Source: a bacterium (GTDB taxonomy: Bacteria; Sysuimicrobiota; Sysuimicrobiia; Sysuimicrobiales; Humicultoraceae). From it: a stretch of DNA of 36,750 nucleotides. Below the pieces are notes generated by a model, which made no database searches, was not told the DNA's origin, and worked only from the letters and a program-made list of their open reading frames with translations. Shown here in pieces: positions 18,330 to 27,240 of this stretch (position 1 is the stretch's first letter; each line of letters opens with the position of its first letter). The stretch spans positions 1 through 36,750 of the forward strand of contig JBGQGY010000022.1 in NCBI GenBank assembly GCA_041497675.1, written 5' to 3'. Made by a program: the position numbers and the translations under genes.

Positions 18330-18345
18330 AGGTGGTGTGGTAGCG

Positions 18346-19026
18346 ATGAGCGCCGTCGGCGATCCACTTGGCCGCCGCGGTCTGCTGATCGTGAGCCTGC
18401 CGCGCAATGACGCGGCGCTGGCGAAGGCCGCCGCGTCCGCCGGTGCCGACCTGCTGAAAGTGCACATTAACGTCCACCACCGGGCGTCGGGAACCCGGTT
18501 TGGGTCGCTGGAAGATGAAGAGGACCGGCTGGACGCCATTTTGAAGGTGGGAGTCCCCACCGGTCTGGTGCCGGGCGAAGAAATGATGGTCACCAGGGAG
18601 GAAATCCCCCGTTTGCGGCGATTTGCTTTCCTCGATGCCTATGTGCACCGGCTACCGCTGTTTCTCTACGACGTGGGGGTGCCCGTGATCCCGGCCATTC
18701 CCCACAACTATCCGCACGACGCTATGGGATCGGTGACGGCGCTGCCGGGCGACTGGTTGGAGGCTGCGCTGGTCCCGCCCCAGGGCTACGGCGCCGAGCC
18801 GGTGGCCGACGATCTGGTCGCGCTCGCCCGCCTGGGCTCGCTGACCCGGCGCCGGCTGATCGTGCCGAGCCAGCGCCGCCTTCGCCCCGAGGATTTGGGC
18901 CGGTACTTCGCGATCACGCACGTGTGGGCCGTGATGATCGGCGTGATCGTCACCGGGCGCGCCGCGCGCTCGCTTGGCCGCGCAACCGAAGCCTTCCGCC
19001 GCGCGCTCGATGGGCTGCTCGGATGA
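18346..19026 (+). CDS. Uncharacterised protein, probable TIM-barrel (ribulose-phosphate-binding-barrel-like)
   Basis: LIVSLPRND..LAKAA..AGADLLKVHINVHHRASG, GLVPG, IVPSQR, AVMIGVIVTG alternating beta/alpha pattern; alternative GTG start at 18337. Confidence 0.65.
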   Translation: MSAVGDPLGRRGLLIVSLPRNDAALAKAAASAGADLLKVHINVHHRASGTRFGSLEDEEDRLDAILKVGVPTGLVPGEEMMVTREEIPRLRRFAFLDAYVHRLPLFLYDVGVPVIPAIPHNYPHDAMGSVTALPGDWLEAALVPPQGYGAEPVADDLVALARLGSLTRRRLIVPSQRRLRPEDLGRYFAITHVWAVMIGVIVTGRAARSLGRATEAFRRALDGLLG

Positions 19027-20030
19027 TCATCGACGCGCAGGCGCCCACGAGGGTCGATCTCGCCGGTGGGACGCTCGACATCCATCCCATCTGCCTGATC
19101 GAAGACGATGCCTGGACGATCAACGCCGCCGTCGATATCCCGGTCTCGGTCCGTCTGGCCACGGCGCGGAGCGGCATTACGATCACCTCACAAGACATGC
19201 GGCAGCGTCTCAAGGCCGACTCACTCGACGCCCTGCCGGCCGCGGGCCCGCTCGATCTCGCGTGCCGCGCGCTTCGGTTTGCCGAGCCCAAGACCGGGGT
19301 GAACGTCACGCTCACCTCGACCGCGCCGCCGGGGTCGGGTCTGGGCGCGTCGTCGGCCCTGCTCGTCGCGCTGCTGGGGGCGCTCGACCGGCTGCGCCGC
19401 AAGCCGCGGCCGCTCGATGATCTGGTCGCGGTGGCGTGGCGGCTCGAGACGCAGTCGATCAGGACACTGACCGGGCGGCAGGATCACCTGGCCGCCGCGC
19501 ACGGTGGTGTCAGCGCGATTCGATTTGGCGCCGACGGCGATCACGTCGAGCGGTTGCTTGACACACCAAAGCTGCGCGTGGCCCTGCAGGATCGGCTCGT
19601 GCTCGTCTACAGCGGGCAACCACACGCCTCGGGCGTGACCAACTGGGGCGTCGTCCGCGCGTATCTCGACGGGGCGCCCGCTGTGGTCAGCCGCATGCGC
19701 AGCATCGCCTCGGTGGCGCGCCAGATGCGCGACGCCCTACGCGCCGACGACATCAACGCCGTCGGCGAGTTGCTCACCGAAGAGTGGACGCATCGCCGCG
19801 AGTTGTCGGCCGGTGTCTCGACGCCGGAGATCGAAAAGGCCCTCTCGATCGCGCGCCGGCACGGCGCGATCGGCGGCAAGGCCTGCGGCGCCGGCGGCGG
19901 CGGGTGCGTGGTGATCTTCACACGCGATGGCGCCAAGCGCGCGGTGGAGAGCCAACTCCGCGGCGCCGGCTATCAGGTCCTCAAGATGGAGATTGCGCCC
20001 AAGGGCCTGCAGGTGCGCGCCGCGTCCTAG
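19023..20030 (+). CDS. GHMP-family sugar kinase (HddA/fucokinase-like)
   Basis: APTRVDLAGGTLD, PPGSGLGASSA, GRQDH..AAHGG, GGKACGAGGGG; ATGA overlap. Confidence 0.88.
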   Translation: MIIDAQAPTRVDLAGGTLDIHPICLIEDDAWTINAAVDIPVSVRLATARSGITITSQDMRQRLKADSLDALPAAGPLDLACRALRFAEPKTGVNVTLTSTAPPGSGLGASSALLVALLGALDRLRRKPRPLDDLVAVAWRLETQSIRTLTGRQDHLAAAHGGVSAIRFGADGDHVERLLDTPKLRVALQDRLVLVYSGQPHASGVTNWGVVRAYLDGAPAVVSRMRSIASVARQMRDALRADDINAVGELLTEEWTHRRELSAGVSTPEIEKALSIARRHGAIGGKACGAGGGGCVVIFTRDGAKRAVESQLRGAGYQVLKMEIAPKGLQVRAAS

Positions 20031-20039
20031 CGGCCCGGC

Positions 20040-21179
20040 ATGCCGCTCCGCACCGACCGCAACCTGCAACTGCTGTTCGCCGCCATCCTCTTCTGGACGT
20101 TTGGCGTCGCGCTCTACGACGGGCTGGTCCCTATTTACGCGCGGCAGCTCGGCGCGTCACCCGTGCAACTGGGAACGCTGTGGACCGCGCGGCACATTGT
20201 GCTCGCGATCGGCTATTTGATCGGCATGCTGGTCGCCGATCGGGTGAGCCCGCGTACCGTCATGCTCGCCTCGTGGCTCGTCGGCACGCCGGTGCCGCTG
20301 CTGCTCGCGGCCGCCCCCACGTATGCGTGGCTGCTGCCCGGTCTGCTGCTGTACGAGCTGACGTTCTTTGGGTTGCCGATCGTCTACGCGTACATCAGCC
20401 AGCGCGTGCCGGCGTCGCAACTCGCCACCACCTTTACGACGCTTGGGGCCACCTCATCGGTCGCGTTTCTGGTCGGCCCGACGATTGGGGGTCTCATCGC
20501 GGACGCGTCCGGGATTCCCACGACGTTGAGGCTGGCGGCGGGGTTCTTCGCGCTGTCGACGGTTTTGATTTTGGCGCTCCGGCGCGGTCAGGACCGACCG
20601 CGCGCCGATGTGGCGCCGCGTGCCTTCGTGTGGGCCGAGATCCGACCGGTGGCCCCCGTGTTGTTGATCCACGCCGGGATCCAGTTCGTCATGCTGATCA
20701 CGACCCCGTTTGCGACGCCGTTCCTGCGCGAGGCCCGCGGGCTCTCGCTCTCCGAGATTGGTTTTCTGAGTTCGATGCAGGCGGTGGGAGGCATCGGGCT
20801 GACGGCGTTGGCCGGCCGGATCGGGGACCGGGTGGGGATCCTGCTGGCGCTCACCGGCGCAACCCTCCTCTACGCGGCCGGCATCTCGGGGATCGTCTTC
20901 GGGCCGGCCGTGCTCCTCCCGCTGACGTCCATCTTCAGGGCGCGCGCGCCGATGAACTCGCTTGGGCAGGCCATGATCGGCTCGCGCGTGCCGGCCGCAA
21001 TGTTCGGTCGCGCGTTTGCCATCGCTGGGGTGCTCTCGGCGCTCGCCTCCGCCGCGGGTGTCTTCGCCGGTGGATTCGCCTACCGCGCAAACCCAGGGCT
21101 ACCGTTGCTCATCTCGGCGAGCCTTGCGGTCGGCATCGCCGCTGCCGTCCTATGGATCCGCCCGGGGCTGCGGGCATGA
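20040..21179 (+). CDS. MFS transporter
   Basis: About 12 hydrophobic helices; GMLVADRVSPR and AGRIGDRVG motif A variants; VGPTIGGLIA. Confidence 0.88.
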   Translation: MPLRTDRNLQLLFAAILFWTFGVALYDGLVPIYARQLGASPVQLGTLWTARHIVLAIGYLIGMLVADRVSPRTVMLASWLVGTPVPLLLAAAPTYAWLLPGLLLYELTFFGLPIVYAYISQRVPASQLATTFTTLGATSSVAFLVGPTIGGLIADASGIPTTLRLAAGFFALSTVLILALRRGQDRPRADVAPRAFVWAEIRPVAPVLLIHAGIQFVMLITTPFATPFLREARGLSLSEIGFLSSMQAVGGIGLTALAGRIGDRVGILLALTGATLLYAAGISGIVFGPAVLLPLTSIFRARAPMNSLGQAMIGSRVPAAMFGRAFAIAGVLSALASAAGVFAGGFAYRANPGLPLLISASLAVGIAAAVLWIRPGLRA

Positions 21180-22309
21180 GCCTCGAGGCCGCGATCAAGG
21201 ACGAGGCCCGCGGGCTGGGCTTCGATCTCGTGGGGATCACGACGGCAGAGTCTCTTGGAGAGGCAGGCGCGGCTTACAGGCAATGGATCGACGCCGGCAT
21301 GCACGCGGGCATGGAGTACCTGGCGGTGAGGGCTGATCGCGTGGCGCACCCGCAGCGGGCGAAGCCCTTGGCCCGCTCGATCATTGCCGTCGCCATGAAC
21401 TACTACGCCGGCGAAGCGGCACCGCCCGAGGACGGCACGCTGCGCGGGCGCATCGCCCGCTACGCCTGGGGCGACGACTATCACCTCGTCATGTGGAAGC
21501 GGCTGCGTGCGCTCTGTGCGTCGTTGAAGACGCGCGGCGCGGCGCTCGCGCACTACTACGTCGACACCGGGCCGATGCTCGACCGCGCGATCGCGCAGCG
21601 AGCCGGACTCGGGTGGTGCGGCCGGCACGGGTGTCTGATCACGAAGGCGTTTGGAACCTGGGTGGCACTGGGTGAGGTCTTGACCGATCTGACGCTGCAG
21701 CCCGACCCGCCGGCCTCAGGGGACTGCGGATACTGCGAGGCGTGTCTGCGGGGCGACGAGGCCTGCCCCACGGGCGCGATCGTGGCGCCGGGCGTCGTGG
21801 ATTCGCGCAAGTGCATCTCGTACTGGACCATCGAGCACCGCGGGTGGATTCCCCGCGAGGTGCGGCCGACGCTGCAAGACATGATCTTTGGCTGCGATCT
21901 CTGCCAGGAGGCGTGCCCCTTCAATCGTTTGGCGCGGCCAACGACACATTCCGAATTTCAGCCGCGGCCTGATGTAGGGCCGTATCCGGAACTGTTGCCC
22001 CTACTGAACATTGATGAGAATGAATATCAACACCGATTCCGCCGTAGCCCGGTCAAACGCGCGAAACGCGGCGGGTTACGGCGCAACGTCGCCGTCGCGT
22101 TGGGCAACCTTGCCGACGAGCGCGCGGTGCCTGAGTTGATTCGCGCCTTGAACGACCCCGATGATCCGATCGTCCGAGGCCACGCCGCCTGGGCGCTGGG
22201 CCGCATCGGCGGAGAGGCCGCACGGGCTGCATTGCAGGCCGCGGCCGGTGGTGAGCAAGACCCGCGTGTGCTCGAGGAGATCCGCGTGGCGCTGGCGCCC
22301 GCGGCCTAG
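21176..22309 (+). CDS. queG: tRNA epoxyqueuosine(34) reductase QueG with C-terminal HEAT repeats
   Basis: LGFDLVGI, IARYAWGDDYH, VDTGP, CGYCEAC...CPTGA, CISYWTIE, FGCDLCQEACPFN, LRRNVAVALGN, VRGHAAWALG; ATGA overlap with MFS gene. Confidence 0.93.
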   Translation: MSLEAAIKDEARGLGFDLVGITTAESLGEAGAAYRQWIDAGMHAGMEYLAVRADRVAHPQRAKPLARSIIAVAMNYYAGEAAPPEDGTLRGRIARYAWGDDYHLVMWKRLRALCASLKTRGAALAHYYVDTGPMLDRAIAQRAGLGWCGRHGCLITKAFGTWVALGEVLTDLTLQPDPPASGDCGYCEACLRGDEACPTGAIVAPGVVDSRKCISYWTIEHRGWIPREVRPTLQDMIFGCDLCQEACPFNRLARPTTHSEFQPRPDVGPYPELLPLLNIDENEYQHRFRRSPVKRAKRGGLRRNVAVALGNLADERAVPELIRALNDPDDPIVRGHAAWALGRIGGEAARAALQAAAGGEQDPRVLEEIRVALAPAA

Positions 22310-23274
22310 CCGGGCACGGTGACCGGGCGTCCAGTCGCGTGCGACGCGACGATGGCTAGGGCGATCTCCAGGGCGGCGCGTCCGTCGTCACCGGACGGGA
22401 TGACGCGGCCGTTGCCCTCGATCGCGTCAAGAAACGCGGCGACTTCCTCGTCGAAGCGCCGGTCGGGCCCCGCATCCTCGCGCCAGGTCCGGCTCGGCGT
22501 GATGATCTCGAGGTTCTCACCGGTGCGCATCCGGATCAGACCGTCGGCCCCGTAGATGTCCGTCTCCCACTGTGGCGAAATCGCGATGGCATGATAGTGG
22601 TGGGTGATCGCCGCCCGCAGACCCTCCTCGAACGCCAGCAGCGCCGCAAACGACGAGTCGGCGTCGCTCCCAGGCAGCAAGGCGGCGGTGGACCCGTACA
22701 CGGTGGTGACGCGACGCCCGAGCAGCCACCGCGCACGATCGATTCGATGTACCCCGGAGTAGAGTAGCGCGCCACCGCCGTCTCGGGCGCGCTGCACCCA
22801 TGCGGGCCACGCCGTCTGGCCGCCGCCGGCGCTGTGGTCGGTGAGGAAGCAAGGCTCGCCGATGACCCCGGAGGTGATGAGCTGATGCGCGCGCTGAGCT
22901 TCGGGGCGATACCGGTGGACGAACCCAATCATCAAGACGACGCTGGCCTCGCGCGCGGCGGCCGACACCCGATCGGCGTCTTCGAGCGTCGTCGCCATCG
23001 GTTTTTCCAGGATCATGTGGACTCCCGCCCGCGCCGTGTCGATGGCAATGCCCGCAAGCGCCGTATGCGGCACGCAGATCGTGACGGCGTCAACCTCGCC
23101 CAGTACTCCCCGGTGGTCGGGAGAGTAGCGAGCGCCGGTGTCGGCGGCGAGGCGTTCGCCGCGACCGCGATCCGCGTCGACCACGTGCGTCAACGTCGCG
23201 CGCGGGCTTGCCGCCACCGCGCGAGCATGCAGGAGACCGGCCTGGCCGGCGCCGATGATGCCCATCCGGATCAT
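22306..23274 (-). CDS. Gfo/Idh/MocA family NAD(P)-dependent oxidoreductase
   Basis: GIIGAGQAG, ICVPH, LEKPMA, IGFVHRY, GGGALL..GVHRID. Confidence 0.92.
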   Translation of the reverse strand: MIRMGIIGAGQAGLLHARAVAASPRATLTHVVDADRGRGERLAADTGARYSPDHRGVLGEVDAVTICVPHTALAGIAIDTARAGVHMILEKPMATTLEDADRVSAAAREASVVLMIGFVHRYRPEAQRAHQLITSGVIGEPCFLTDHSAGGGQTAWPAWVQRARDGGGALLYSGVHRIDRARWLLGRRVTTVYGSTAALLPGSDADSSFAALLAFEEGLRAAITHHYHAIAISPQWETDIYGADGLIRMRTGENLEIITPSRTWREDAGPDRRFDEEVAAFLDAIEGNGRVIPSGDDGRAALEIALAIVASHATGRPVTVPG

Positions 23275-23362
23275 GGTGCCGGCTGGTTCGACGGCCGCGG
23301 CAATGGTCCCTCGGAGGACTTCGGCGCCGGAGACTCGTACTGTGCAGCACCGTGAGCGACAC

Positions 23363-24181
23363 GTGAATCATCCCTTGAAGGACAATGGCCTGGGCGATCG
23401 GATCGTGCTGGTCACGGGCTCCGGCCGCGGTATCGGCCGCGGGGCGGCGGTGGGTCTGGCCCGCCGCGGCGCGCGGCTCGCGCTGCTCGATGTCACGGAC
23501 GACGAACTCGATAGGACGGTCGCGCTAGCGCGGGCCGAGGGTGCGCAGGTCATGGCGATCCGCGCCGACCTCCGGCGGCGTGACGAGATCGATCGGGCGC
23601 TCGCGACGTTGGCCGCTGCTTGGGGGCCGCCCGACGTCGTGGTCAACAACGCCGCCGTGCTGCACTTGAAGTCGTTTGAGGACACCGATCCGGGCGTGTG
23701 GGACGATACGATCCGCGTCAATCTCGAGGCCGCATACTACCTGACGTGGCGCGTGTACCGGCAGATGCTCGAAGGCGGGCGCGGGCACATCCTCAGCATG
23801 TCGTCGAACGCCGGGGTCCGGCCCTTCGCCTTCGAGACCGCCTACTGCGCGGCGAAGTATGGCATCGAGGGTCTGTTCAGATCGCTCGCGACCGAAGCCT
23901 CTGAGCGCGGGGTGTTTGTTGTGTTGTGCACCCCGGGCAAGACTACCAAACCCACCTCGATGACGGATGCGGCCTTTGCGACGCTGGCCCCGGAAGACCA
24001 ACGCCGCTACGCGGATCCCGAGGTGTTTGCGGAAGCCTTTGGGTATCTTGCCGCGATCTCGGATCGCGCGCTCTCGGGGCGGCGGTTTGATCTGTTTGCC
24101 CTCGCCGAACTCGTGCGCGAGCAGGGCTGGTCGGTGCCGGGTACCCTGGCGCTCCAAAGGGCCGAGCGCGACCACGTGTAA
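23363..24181 (+). CDS. Short-chain dehydrogenase/reductase (SDR)
   Basis: VLVTGSGRGIG, VVNNAA, SMSS, catalytic YCAAK, PG; start uncertain (GTG 23363 or TTG 23375). Confidence 0.88.
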   Translation: MNHPLKDNGLGDRIVLVTGSGRGIGRGAAVGLARRGARLALLDVTDDELDRTVALARAEGAQVMAIRADLRRRDEIDRALATLAAAWGPPDVVVNNAAVLHLKSFEDTDPGVWDDTIRVNLEAAYYLTWRVYRQMLEGGRGHILSMSSNAGVRPFAFETAYCAAKYGIEGLFRSLATEASERGVFVVLCTPGKTTKPTSMTDAAFATLAPEDQRRYADPEVFAEAFGYLAAISDRALSGRRFDLFALAELVREQGWSVPGTLALQRAERDHV

Positions 24182-24227
24182 GTAAGAGGAGCGGTGCTCT
24201 CGAGTCCGGTTGCCTTTGGAGGCAAGC

Positions 24228-25148
24228 GTGGCGGCCTACGTTGGTCGGCGCGTCCTGGCAAGCATTCCTGTCCTGCTGCTGGTCGTCACGGCGGTCTTCT
24301 TCGTGTTCCAGCTGATCCCGGGTGATCCCGCGCGCGCCTTCCTGGGGCCCGAAGCGACGCCCGACACCGTTGAGCAGGTCCGCCGCGACCTGGGGTTGGA
24401 CAAACCGGTGGTCGTGCAATACGTGACGTACCTGCGGCGGTTGCTCCAGGGGAACCTGGGGAAATCGATTTCCACGCGGCGCCCTGTGGCGGTGGAGCTG
24501 GGATCGCCGTTTCGCAACACCGTCAATCTCTCGCTGGCGAGCATCGTCCTGGCCACCGTGGCCGGTGTGCTGCTCGGGACGGTGGCCGCCGTGAATCAGG
24601 GCAAGACGTGGGATCACGTCGCGACGATTCTGGCGCTCCTAGGGATCTCGATCCCCGTGTTTTGGCTCGGTCTATTGATGATGTATTTCTTTAGCGTGAA
24701 CCTGCACATCCTGCCCAGCGCCGGCAACGATACCTGGCGGCACTATTTCATGCCGACCGTCGCCCTATCGGTGTTTTCGCTGGCATTTATCGCGCGGATG
24801 ACACGGTCGTCCCTGCTCGAAGTCATCCGACAAGATTACGTGCGCACGGCCCGCGCAAAGGGCGTGCCCGAATGGATGGTGGTGGGGTATCACGCGTTGC
24901 GCAACGCGCTGCTGCCCGTGGTCATCGTGGTCGGGCTGCGGTTCGGCTACATGTTGGGCGGCGCGGTCGTGACCGAGCAGGTCTTTGCGTGGCCCGGCTT
25001 GGGCCGGCTGCTGGTGCAGGCCGTGGGGCAGCGCGATATCCCGCTGATCCAGGGTATCTTGCTGCTCTTCGCGGCCGCGTTCGTGTTGGTCAATCTCGTG
25101 GTGGATCTCCTCTATGGCTTCCTCGACCCCCAGATCCGATACCGCTAG
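24228..25148 (+). CDS. Peptide/nickel ABC transporter permease (DppB/NikB-like)
   Basis: PGDPA, LGLDKP, GNLGKS, DYVRTARAKGV, HALRNA, TEQVFAWPGLG; SD ggagg before GTG 24228. Confidence 0.95.
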   Translation: MAAYVGRRVLASIPVLLLVVTAVFFVFQLIPGDPARAFLGPEATPDTVEQVRRDLGLDKPVVVQYVTYLRRLLQGNLGKSISTRRPVAVELGSPFRNTVNLSLASIVLATVAGVLLGTVAAVNQGKTWDHVATILALLGISIPVFWLGLLMMYFFSVNLHILPSAGNDTWRHYFMPTVALSVFSLAFIARMTRSSLLEVIRQDYVRTARAKGVPEWMVVGYHALRNALLPVVIVVGLRFGYMLGGAVVTEQVFAWPGLGRLLVQAVGQRDIPLIQGILLLFAAAFVLVNLVVDLLYGFLDPQIRYR

Positions 25149-25161
25149 CACGGCCGAGCGC

Positions 25162-26055
25162 GTGCCGGCAGCGCGCGTGGCGACCCCCAACGCGCTGCGC
25201 GTGTTCGTCCGCCTGCACCGGCTGGCCGCCATCGGCACCTTCCTGGTCCTGCTGTTCGTGTTCGCAGGCGTGTTCGCGCCCATGCTCGTCCCCTTCGACC
25301 CCGACCTGATCGACGTGCGCTCGACGTTGCAGCCGCCCAGCCACGCGCACCTGCTGGGCACGGACAACCAGGGCCGCGATCTGCTGAGCCGGATCATCTT
25401 CGGCGCGCGCATGTCGCTATTCATCTCGATGGCGTCGGTGGGCGCGGGGGCGGTCACCGGCGTGGCGCTGGGTACGCTTGCCGGATACTACCGCAGGCTC
25501 GACGGTCCGATCATGCGGCTGAACGAGGTGATGCTGGCGTTTCCGGGGATCGTCGTGGCGCTGACCGTAGTGTCGATCCTCGGCCGCGGTCTGGAGAACC
25601 TGATCGTGGCCATCGCGATCGTGCAGATCCCCCAGTACATCCGGCTGGCGCACGGGTTAACCCTATCGGTCAAGGATCGCGCGTATGTCGAAGCCGCCGT
25701 TGCTTCCGGCGCCACAGACGGCATCATCCTGCTGCGCCACATCATGCCGAACTCGCTCGCGCCGATCATCGTGCAGACCAGCCTCCTGGTCCCAGGAGCG
25801 ATCATGACGTCGGCCACCTTGAGCTTTCTCGGGCTGGGCGTGTCGCCCCCGACGGCCGAGTGGGGGGCGATGCTGCAGAACAGCCTGCAGTGGTCGCGTC
25901 TCGCCCCACACGTGATGGTCATCCCCGGGGTGGCGCTGATGCTCGTGGTGTTTGGGTTCAACGTGCTTGGCGATGGGCTGCGCGACGCGATGGACCCCCG
26001 CCTGCGGCGGATGAGCGGTGGGTCGCCCGGGTCGACCGCCGGCGCGGGAGGCTAA
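25162..26055 (+). CDS. Peptide/nickel ABC transporter permease (DppC-like)
   Basis: HLLGTDNQGRDLLSR, YVEAAVASGA...RHIMPN, LSFLGLG, EWG, GDGLRDAMDP; start uncertain (25114-25177). Confidence 0.92.
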   Translation: MPAARVATPNALRVFVRLHRLAAIGTFLVLLFVFAGVFAPMLVPFDPDLIDVRSTLQPPSHAHLLGTDNQGRDLLSRIIFGARMSLFISMASVGAGAVTGVALGTLAGYYRRLDGPIMRLNEVMLAFPGIVVALTVVSILGRGLENLIVAIAIVQIPQYIRLAHGLTLSVKDRAYVEAAVASGATDGIILLRHIMPNSLAPIIVQTSLLVPGAIMTSATLSFLGLGVSPPTAEWGAMLQNSLQWSRLAPHVMVIPGVALMLVVFGFNVLGDGLRDAMDPRLRRMSGGSPGSTAGAGG

Positions 26056-26062
26056 GAGCGAC

Positions 26063-27226
26063 ATGGCGCGCCAGACCGCTCGGCTGAGAGTGCCGTTCAA
26101 CGACGTGCGCGTCCAGAACCAGCGCCTCCGCGCGGAGATCAATGCCGCGATCCAGGCCGTCATTGATGACGGTCGATTCGAGTTGGGGCGCGAAGTCTAC
26201 GAGTTCGAGGCGGAGTTTGCCGCGTACTGCGGCGTCCGCCACGCCGTCAGCGTCCACTCGGGCACCGCGGCGCTCCACGTCGCCCTGCTGGCGATGGGCA
26301 TCGGCGCCGGCGATGAGGTGATCACGGTCGCCAACACCGATCCCTCGACGGTGGCCGCGATCCGCTTTACGGGCGCGCGGCCGGTGCTGGTGGATATCGA
26401 CGCGTCGAGTCTCAATATGGATCCGGAGGTGCTGGCCGCCGCGATCTCACCCCGCACGAAGGCGATCATGCCTGTGCACATGTACGGCCGGCCCTCGGAG
26501 ATGGCGCCGATCCTGCACGTCGCGCGGGATCATCGTCTGCTCGTGATCGAAGATGCGGCCCTGGCGACTGGGGCGACGTATCGGGGCGCCAAGACCGGCA
26601 CGCTCGGCGACGCCGCGGGTTTCAGCTTCGCGCCTGGGAAGGTTCTCGGGGCGTTTGGGTGGGGCGGGATGATCACGACCGGCGATCCTGAGATCGCCCG
26701 CCGAGCGCGGATGTTCCGCGCGTACGGTGAGGATCCTGACCAGTACCCGCCGCCGGCCGCCGGTTTTCGGTTTGCGGGGCTGCACCCCGAAGTGGTGGGC
26801 TGGAACGTGCGGATTGACACGATCCAGGCGGCCGTGCTGCTGGTGAAGCTACGCCACCTCGAGCCCTCGATCGAGGAGCGGCGCGCGATCGCCGAGCGCT
26901 ACCGGCGCGGCCTTGCCGGGTTGCCGGTCGTCGTACCCGATGACCCGCCGCACATGCGGTGCGTCTACCGCAATATCGTTGTCAGGGTTCAGTACCGCGA
27001 CGCAGTGCGTCGGGCGCTCTACGACGCGGGGATTCCCACAGGCACGCACTACATCCCACCGGTGCACCTGCAGCCGGCATATCACGACCTGGGGTATGCG
27101 ATGGGATCGCTTCCCGAGACTGAACGCGCAGCCGACGAACTGCTGACGCTGCCGATCTATCCGGGCATGCCCGACGGCGACGTCGATGTCGTTATTGGGG
27201 AGATTGCGCGCTTCGTGTCGCGGTGA
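26063..27226 (+). CDS. DegT/DnrJ/EryC1/StrS sugar aminotransferase (copy 1)
   Basis: SGTAALH, GDEVIT, IMPVHMYG, IEDAA, FSFAPGKVLG (PLP Lys), GWNVRIDTIQAA, HYIPPVHLQP, LTLPIYP. Confidence 0.9.
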   Translation: MARQTARLRVPFNDVRVQNQRLRAEINAAIQAVIDDGRFELGREVYEFEAEFAAYCGVRHAVSVHSGTAALHVALLAMGIGAGDEVITVANTDPSTVAAIRFTGARPVLVDIDASSLNMDPEVLAAAISPRTKAIMPVHMYGRPSEMAPILHVARDHRLLVIEDAALATGATYRGAKTGTLGDAAGFSFAPGKVLGAFGWGGMITTGDPEIARRARMFRAYGEDPDQYPPPAAGFRFAGLHPEVVGWNVRIDTIQAAVLLVKLRHLEPSIEERRAIAERYRRGLAGLPVVVPDDPPHMRCVYRNIVVRVQYRDAVRRALYDAGIPTGTHYIPPVHLQPAYHDLGYAMGSLPETERAADELLTLPIYPGMPDGDVDVVIGEIARFVSR

Positions 27227-27240
27227 CCGGTTGGCCGGTC
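27225..27240. terminator. Short inverted repeat spanning the gap between convergent DegT stops
   Basis: gaccgg-ttgg-ccggtc; 6-bp stem, no U-tract. Confidence 0.3.

Noticed and set aside
18153..18648. Minus-strand ORFs of 146 and 206 aa
   Set aside because: Antisense to the TA relic and the TIM-barrel gene; no independent coding signal.
19784..21175. Apparent 464-aa N-terminal extension of QueG (841-aa ORF)
   Set aside because: An Arg/Ala-rich off-frame shadow of the kinase and MFS genes; the true start is ATG 21176 overlapping the MFS stop.
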